Positions 56,531-64,000 of a stretch of 64,000 nucleotides of DNA are shown piece by piece. Below the pieces are notes generated by a model. It saw nothing but the letters and a program-made list of their open reading frames with translations. It was not told the origin of the DNA and did not search any database. The stretch lies in the NCBI RefSeq assembly GCF_009914755.1, contig NC_060947.1; one strand, given 5' to 3'. Origin of the DNA: the human T2T-CHM13v2.0 reference genome, Homo sapiens. The position numbers and the translations under genes are program-made. How positions within the stretch are numbered: the first letter of the stretch is position 1; each line of letters starts with the position of its first letter.

Positions 56531-57441
56531 AAATCTTTGACCAAAAGACCAATACGTTGGTTTTATTTTAGAAAGCCATCTTTGTAAGATGCCCAGGATG
56601 GCCATAAAATTGAATGTGTATTGGTCAGGGATATTTAAACTACAACTAACAGAAAGTGCAAGTCTCGCTGGCTTATCCAATAGGTAAAGACACTTGCTTA
56701 TATAACTGAGAGTTCAGAGGCAGAGTGAGTTTCATGGTTAACTGAGCCAGTAACGGAAAGATGTAAACATCCAGGCTAAATCTTGACCCAACCACTGCTG
56801 GATTGGGCATTGGATTATTGGATTAGATTAGACTAATTCTGGGCCCACTCTTGGAGCTAAGAAAGTGGCCATATATCCTCAAGCACATGACTCTACTGGG
56901 AGGAGATACACTGATGGAGGCCTGAGCCCAGCCAGGAAGGTGAGGAATGTATATTGTGTAGGTAAACAAAAATGTCACCTGCAGGTACAGACTCAAATTA
57001 TATATACCGCTATGAGCATAGTAACCACAATATTCAAGTCCTTCTTGTGTCCTAATAGAGTGACTCTTCGGGTAACAAAGACGGATATTTTATTCAGGAG
57101 CTACCTATATTGAATTCATGAATAGGCGGTTACAAAGCATGAGAGCTCTCCCCTGTGCAGTATATGTTTTGGAAGAACCTCAACAGGCATCCACTGTGGG
57201 ATGCTTAAATCCCATTTTCATTCTTTTTCGATTCGTCGGCAAAGTTTTCTATTCGCTCTTGTCCTGAGATGATGTTGTGTTAGGATTATTTGACCAGAGG
57301 TAACTGAATTCTTCGTATTTACCGTTAAGTTTTGTCTTTCTGTAAACACGCGACACAGACTTCACAAAGATATCAAAGATCCTCAGATTTCAGTATGGAA
57401 CAACCTTAAAAGCCCTGGGTCTTTAGAAGAAAGTCAGACTC

Positions 57442-57803
<362 letters not shown>

Positions 57804-59828
57804 TCACGCTTTGAAAAGAATATGTTTCCATAACAATACCAAATATGCATATGAAAAGAAAATTAAAAATAAGATAATCACCCAATCTGCGAATATGCAG
57901 ATTTGAAAATTAATTATCAATATATAAATGGAAGCTCTTAATAAAGACGTTGTAGTATCACATAGACAAGATATGTAATGTGTTATTGCTCATGTTTTGC
58001 CTTAGTCTGCATCTACACTGTGAAATGAGCTTAATCGTGTTCACTGGTTCATTATTTGCTAACTCCTTGATTGACTTAGCCAGTTGAGCAATCCAGCCAG
58101 TGAGTCATTCTATAACTGTTGATAAACTACGTGATGTTTTAAATCCAAGGATTAAAAGAAAACACAAACATTATATATCTTGCCTTTTTTCACAGGATCT
58201 AATCACTGATAATAAATTATCAGTGATAAGCTGATCACAAGAAACAAGGTATAAATGCTGCATACACTAAAAAGAAAACAATGTGGCTGACTATGTTTTA
58301 AAAATTATCTGACAGTATTTTCCAACAGAGTATTTAGAACTATTTCTTGAATTGCAAAATATAGTTGCCTTGAGCAGATAACAGGAAGCAATCTGGGAAA
58401 TTTAAAATTCTCTACTTTTAATACATTAGAAATCTTTGAATCATAATTGCTCATTGTTTTAAATGGTCTTCACAGTGGAGGGGGTTTGGACCAGAGAGCT
58501 GCATCTTCACAAATGGCACTGCTCTTCAGTAAACACCCTCTATGGAATCCCTACCTTTTCACTCCTCTCCATCCTTTGCCTGAAGGAAGTTTTCCTTGTA
58601 GACATAATTTTGTATTTGTATGTTGTGGTAGTCCTCAAAGAGTGAGCCTATTACCTAGAGCTGTTGAATTTTACCTTGCATTGAGGGGTTGGCATATTGA
58701 GCAATTTGCCAGGGAGCACTATCTGCAACTGCTTCTCTTTTTTTCCTATTGCTTGGCACTGACATAAAGTTACTTCTAGCTACGCTAATGAATTTCACGA
58801 AGGAACACAGAAAAACAGGTCTTGAATGTAATGCCCGTAATGATAGAGTCCCATCTTATGCTTTCCCTTGTATGCTGTTGCTAGGTCAGTCATTTTTACT
58901 TTCTGAAAGTTAATTTACATAGGACACCTAGTTCAGGTGTATGTATCTGTTCAAACCAAAAGCGTTAGAGTATTTATGTTTAATTTAACAACGTCGCAAC
59001 CGTTCTGATACTTAGGGGAGTTCTGAGTAAGTAAGTTCTAGAAAGGGGAGTTCCAGTACTCCCCTTTCTCTCTTTTCTGTGTTAGGTAAAGCCACCCCTC
59101 CTAAAGCCACTAGCATGGATCCCCAAAATGTCCACCACAGAACGAAAAGGTAAAAGAAGGAGAAGTTGTTCCTGTTAAATCCTGCCGTATCACACGCAAG
59201 AGAAATGGCTTATCAACCTGCCTCACCCCAGTAAACACAGCGCCTAATAAATTCAGTGCCTAAACTGGACCCCGGACATATGAATCTTTGTCCACAGAGT
59301 TACCTTCCCCCACTGTTTGTGCATATTAGAGCACCGACAGACTTCCATTGGTGTAACTTAAAAAAAAAAAAATCCTAACAAAGTCCTGATAATCATCTCA
59401 GAGAAAGAGTGAATGATATGAGTATCAGGTCTGACAGGAGCAAACTGTGAATTAAAGTAAGAGTTATAATTAGGATTTGTCTTTTGGTGAAAGAATTTGA
59501 CCATCATCAATACCGTGTAAGTTCCAGTTGAGCATAGGTGGGCTAGATAAAATTGTGCTGTGCCTTTTACTGGTGATCTGTTCATCTGTATGTAATGATA
59601 GAAACGGGGGCCAGGGCAGATACCAGGTCTTGAAGTAGGCTTCCATCCTGTGACTTTGTATAGATACTTCCTAAATCCAACTTGAAATTTCATAATAGGC
59701 TCTTTCATAAATATGTAGCCCCATTTTATATCCTCTATTTACATGTGTCCCATAAATAATTCTCCAGAATTATCTGAGACCCACTGATTGGCGCTTCCTA
59801 GTCATTCATTCCAATTATCATGACTTCA

Positions 59829-59867
59829 GTCTACGGCCATACCACCGTGAACGCGCCCAATATCGTC
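59829..59867 (+). pseudogene. Tailless 5S rRNA retropseudogene (5' 39 nt)
   Basis: GTCTACGGCCATACCACCgTGAACGCGCCCaATaTCGTC matches human 5S nt 1-39 with 3 mismatches. It is flanked by a 17-bp direct repeat ccaa(t/a)tatcatgacttc at 59811-59827 and 59867-59883. Confidence 0.9.
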
Positions 59868-60679
59868 CAAATATCATGACTTCCTTTGATAACCTTAGAG
59901 CCACTAACACAGCCTGTTGTCCTCACTAGTATATTCAACTTTAACTGTGGTGGAAAATTTGGTCTGTTGAGTTTTCTTCTGCTTATTTATGTAGCCAGGC
60001 CACAGTGCGGGAACCTAGCAAAGTAATCCCAATGCTTGTATAGCATTGTTTGCCTCTGCAAGCAAATCAGAAAGACTCCACTCCACCAAATTTATTTTGG
60101 ACATGCAGGTGAAGCTGCAGTTTCCCACACAAACCAGCAAAACAGGTGGTCGTGAAATTGCGATTAACAACAACTGCAATGTGTACTCTCCTTCTCTTTT
60201 CTCTATCCTTTCTGGGGAGACACAGGCAGAATAAAAATACAGTGAAATCTAATTATAATTCAGATTCCACTCATACAAAATTGTTGCAGTTCAGGCCAGA
60301 GCCAGGTATGATGTTTTAAAAGTGCTAATCTTTCTCTTTTCAGTAATTTTTTTAAAGAAGGAAATGTTTTCAGCTAACCTCAAACATTTTATACTGACTT
60401 TCATATATACATATTTTATATATTAATGGTAGGTTTATATGTATACATTTAAATGAATCTCCTGAGGTCCTTAATTAGATTCAGCATTGACTGGTGCTAA
60501 TTACTGACAGTACTTGAAATTTCTTAGTTGGTATTTCAAAGAGAACATCCAAGACCTCAACTCTTCAGTAACTGGGTCTGGCTTCCAGTTTGTGTGAATT
60601 AATAAGGCTGAACTAAAATTAATTTCCTTTGGAAAACCCGGGGGTGGTCAGAACAGTCTAGCACCATACTGCCTGGGGG

Positions 60680-60850
60680 AGACAGCTGGTTTGCCACCTG
60701 CAATGTCTGTGACCTCTTAGGCAAGTGATTTAACGCCTCTGTGCTTCAGTTTCCTCGTCTGTAAAATTCTGTTATACTACCTACTCCATAGAGTTAGCAC
60801 TCTTAAATGCGGTAACCTTTTGGAGTGTGTGGCACATACTAATCACTATA
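60680..60850. mobile_element. MIR SINE
   Basis: ggcaagtgatttaacgcctctgtgcttcagtttcctcgtctgtaaaat core. Confidence 0.8.
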
Positions 60851-61076
60851 CACATTTTTCTTTTTCAAATGAACAACTAAAATTCATTAGGTTTGCCCTA
60901 ATTTCCTTTGGCCCTGTATGAAATTAAGTAAACAGTGCTTACCTGTACGGACTGCTTAGGCTCTTGCAGTAGTGTCTATGATTATGGTTTTAGTGAGGAC
61001 CTTCTTCATTGTGAAGTATTAAATTTCACGTGTTGTTAGAAATGAAACACATAAAATATATTAAAGAGGGATGGGG

Positions 61077-61382
61077 GGCCGGGAGCGGTGGCTCATGCTG
61101 TAATCCCAGCACTTTGGGAGGCCAAGGCGGGCAGATCACCTGAGGTCAGGAGTTCGAGACCAGCCTGGCCAACATGGTGAAACCCCGTCTCTACTAAAAA
61201 AATACAAAAATTAGCTGGGCGTGGTGGTGGGCGCCTGCAATCCCAGCTACTTGGGAGGCTGAGGCAGGAGAATCGCTTGAACCGGGAGGCGGAGGTTGCA
61301 GTGAGCTGAAATCATGCCATTGCACTCCAGCCTGGGCAACAAGAGCAAAACTCCGTCTCAAAAAAAAAAAAAAAAAAAAAAA
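61077..61382 (+). mobile_element. AluS (Sq/Sx-like)
   Basis: Full dimer with poly-A tail. Confidence 0.95.
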
Positions 61383-61599
61383 GTGAGGTGAGGGTAGCAA
61401 AAGCTCAAGTCTGTGTGCTGTGGGAGGTTATCTGGAGGTACCACCATCTCAGTAATATGGGCAATCTCAGAGCTCCAGGTCTCATGAACAGAACGGTCTC
61501 CTGAAACATGCAGATCAGGAGAACTCTGCAGTGGTTGGATTCTACTGTCAGGAAGTTGACCCAAGCTCACCCACCTATCCTGGGTACTTGAGCCTTGCA

Positions 61600-62300
61600 G
61601 GATCCTAAGGCTGCAAGCCACGTGGATGCCACCATCATGTGAACACTACAATTATGAGCCCTACTGATAGGGCCCTACTGGTCATATCAGCACCAAGGGC
61701 TCTAAAACTTTGAGGTCATGTGGCCTCTCTTGTCATGTTGCTCCTATGGTCATGTGATGGGCCCAGCTCTTCCAGTCACTACAGTATGGTGGACTCCTGA
61801 ACCCTGTTGCTCACATGGATTCTTCCCTCACCTGGCCATTACTGGCTACCAGCATGTGGAAGTCTCAGCCCTCGAAGTCATATAGATGACCTACTGTTTA
61901 GGGTCATGTGGATGCTATGGTCATGTCCACTGCTCCCACTCACCCCTCCCCATGGCCACAGTGTCAGGCTCATTCCTCTCTGTCACGTGAAGATTGTGAG
62001 CTGCCAAACTCTGCAGATGTGTGTGTGGGCAGCCAAGTGGCTCCTGTCATCTCGTGGCAGGCAAAGCCTTTGCGGTCCTGTGAGCACCGCAGCTAACCAA
62101 TGGCTGTTGTACATGTGGCTCTTATGGTCACGTGAGATTCCGCACCCTCCCATTCACGTGAAGATTGAGTGCTCCGAATCCTGTCAGAGAGGTGCTTCCG
62201 GCTCCACACCCTGACTCAGGCGGAAGTTTTATTGGACTTCGGCTCAGATCTGAAGCCTTCCGGCAACTTTCATATCCTGACGCGCTGGAAGGAAGTCTGG
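61600..62300 (+). promoter_or_regulatory. Proximal promoter and probable non-coding first exon of NXF2
   Basis: Local CpG enrichment. TCACGTGA E-boxes at 61983, 62128 and 62154; CCAAT at about 62097; ETS-like TTCCGG/GGCGGAAGT at about 62196-62263; candidate donors CTG|gtacga (62300) and CTC|gtaagt (62753). It lies 1.3 kb upstream of the NXF2 ATG exon. Confidence 0.7.
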
Positions 62301-62387
62301 TACGAGTGGAACCAGCCGGTACTAGAAGTTTACTGAGAATTGGGCTTTAAGGCGTGGCTGAGCAATCTCCAAATAGCAGAGGCTCTG

Positions 62388-62527
62388 AGGGGGTGGGGTG
62401 GGGTGGGGTGGGTGGGGGGTGCCGGGGGTGCGGGAGGGTGGGGGGTGCGGGAGGTGCGGGAGGGTGGGGGGGTGGGGAGGGTGGGGGGTGCGGGAGGGTC
62501 GGGGTGTATGGGGGGTTTGGGTGGAGG
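62388..62527 (+). repeat. G-rich tandem repeat (GGGGT)n / GGGAGGGTGGGGGGTGC with G-quadruplex potential
   Basis: Many consecutive G3-G8 runs over about 140 bp, read directly from the sequence. Confidence 0.9.
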
Positions 62528-63650
62528 TAGCGGAGGACTTCCCTAATGTGGCCGAACTTGTGAACACCTGGCAGAGAAACTGTGTGTGCGTGCGTGTGTG
62601 TGTGTGCGTGCGCACCCATGCATCTATGTCTGCCATCCGCCTTGATCCTGGACTCACAGGAGCTGTTGTTGGAGGAGAAGGCACTGGGGCAGAATGTGGG
62701 GCTGGGGGATAGGGGTAGGGTTGGTAGTGGGGCGGCAGGGATTCATGAACTCGTAAGTCGTTTCTCAGGGGCAGGGCTGTGGAAGCCTGATGGGATTCCC
62801 CCCCCTTCCCGCCCCCACACTAAAAGCCCTACCCTTGCCTGTCACTCTGCCCGATTCACCGTCTGTGCCAGGTGATTCTGTCCTCTGCCCCTCCTCAGAC
62901 CATGTTGTTATTAAGGACACTCGAGACTGCCTAGATCCCAGTTTGTATAGACGATTCCAGACCCAATCTTAATTTCTGTCTCTTATTTGATTATGTAAAG
63001 ATTCTCTTTGTTTCCATGATTTATTTTTCTACTAAACCTTCTAAACATGGGCTCAGGGGGGTGGGCGAAAGGGAGAGAGGGGAATCGGGAATTTTTTTAA
63101 AAAGAGAATTTGATATTTCAATAAAAGTGTCCAAGTCGTCATGATGTGAAGATTCAGAATTTACTTGTTATACTTTATTTGAACTCCATTGGCTTTAAAA
63201 AGTACATTTGGGAGTGGGTGACATTTTTTTTGTGTGTGTGTGCGCTTAGGATCTCTCAGTAGCTTATAGTAGTATAGCTTCACACTCTTTTGTTTCTGAT
63301 TCTCCCCCCATCAACCCCTGATTTTCTAATGATTGCTTCTTAGATTCCTTTCTGAAAACTCTCTCCTTTTCTTCCTGTGGAAAAAAGTATAGTGAATGGA
63401 TTTAAGGTACAATCATGGGTGATAACATTTGGTACATCATGAAAGCGGTATTGGGTGAATGAAGTTGAGCAAATAGCAAGATTGTGCTTAAACTTACGGG
63501 GTTTCAAATATTGCTTGTCAGATGGTTAGAGAATATTGTCACTTGTGATATTTGATATTACATGTAGGTTGAATAATCTATTTTTCTCTCATTTCAGCAT
63601 TTCCAAGTTCGTTCTGTGAGACTGTAGTGTCAGGACAAAGCAACAACAAA

Positions 63651-63693
63651 ATGTGCTCTACTCTAAAGAAGTGTGGGACATACAGAACTGAAG
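63651..63693 (+). CDS. NXF2: First coding exon of nuclear RNA export factor 2 (NXF2 or the near-identical NXF2B); whole exon 63598-63693, gene continues beyond the window
   Basis: Acceptor tttttctctcatttcag|CAT at 63597/63598. ATG at 63651 in an AAAATG context reads MCSTLKKCGTYRTE plus one base, then a phase-1 donor GAAG|gtaaac at 63694. The peptide matches my recollection of the human NXF2 N-terminus (MCSTLKKCGTYRTEVAE...). Confidence 0.92.
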
Positions 63694-64000
63694 GTAAACG
63701 AATACTGTAGGATTTTTTTAGATGATATGCTAATAAACAACACGAGTCTCAAAGGGGGGGCTACTTTCCCCAACTTGTATGGGAATGGAACATTTTTTTC
63801 CACAGAGCATTTGAGGTACCAGTGTTCTTCAGAAAATATTTGGGGAAACCCTGTTCAGACTACATCTTCTAACACTTTAAAACCTTGTGCCTTTGTTTAC
63901 TCAGAACAATGGAATGTGGGTTTATAATAGTTGTAATCTAGTCTGCTCATTAAGACATTGATTGTTGCTCTTTAATTCATTTTATCTCATGTCATCAGTC

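Noticed and set aside
59358-59708. 116-aa minus-strand ORF in unique sequence
   Set aside because: No recognisable family and it ends in a T-run; kept only as part of the speculative antisense-island finding.
62322-62875. Pro/His- and Gly-rich ORFs
   Set aside because: Products of the G-rich and (TG)n repeats.

Overview
Primate, almost certainly human, genomic DNA dominated by interspersed repeats (L1, Alu, ERVL/MaLR, MIR/L2, DNA transposons). The only intact protein-coding signal is at the right end: an exon encoding MCSTLKKCGTYRTE, which I recognise as the N-terminus of nuclear export factor NXF2/NXF2B. This implies the Xq22.1 NXF2 amplicon; I cannot tell which copy. Upstream of it lie a CpG/E-box/ETS-rich proximal promoter (about 61.6-62.8 kb) and a three-exon unprocessed PRAME/LRRC14-family pseudogene (15.6-18.4 kb) with intact splice sites but at least 6 disabling lesions. 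A GC-box/CCAAT promoter-like island with a splice donor sits at 3.4-3.85 kb. The best leads are a cryptic 17-bp-periodic E-box array in the NXF2 promoter, two L1PA4-like copies about 20 kb apart that share rare non-consensus variants (one is 5'-inverted by twin priming), and a tailless 5S rRNA retropseudogene with a 17-bp TSD. Repeat subfamily names come from my memory of consensus sequences, and most repeat boundaries are approximate. Nearly all ORFs in the supplied track are repeat-derived or spurious.
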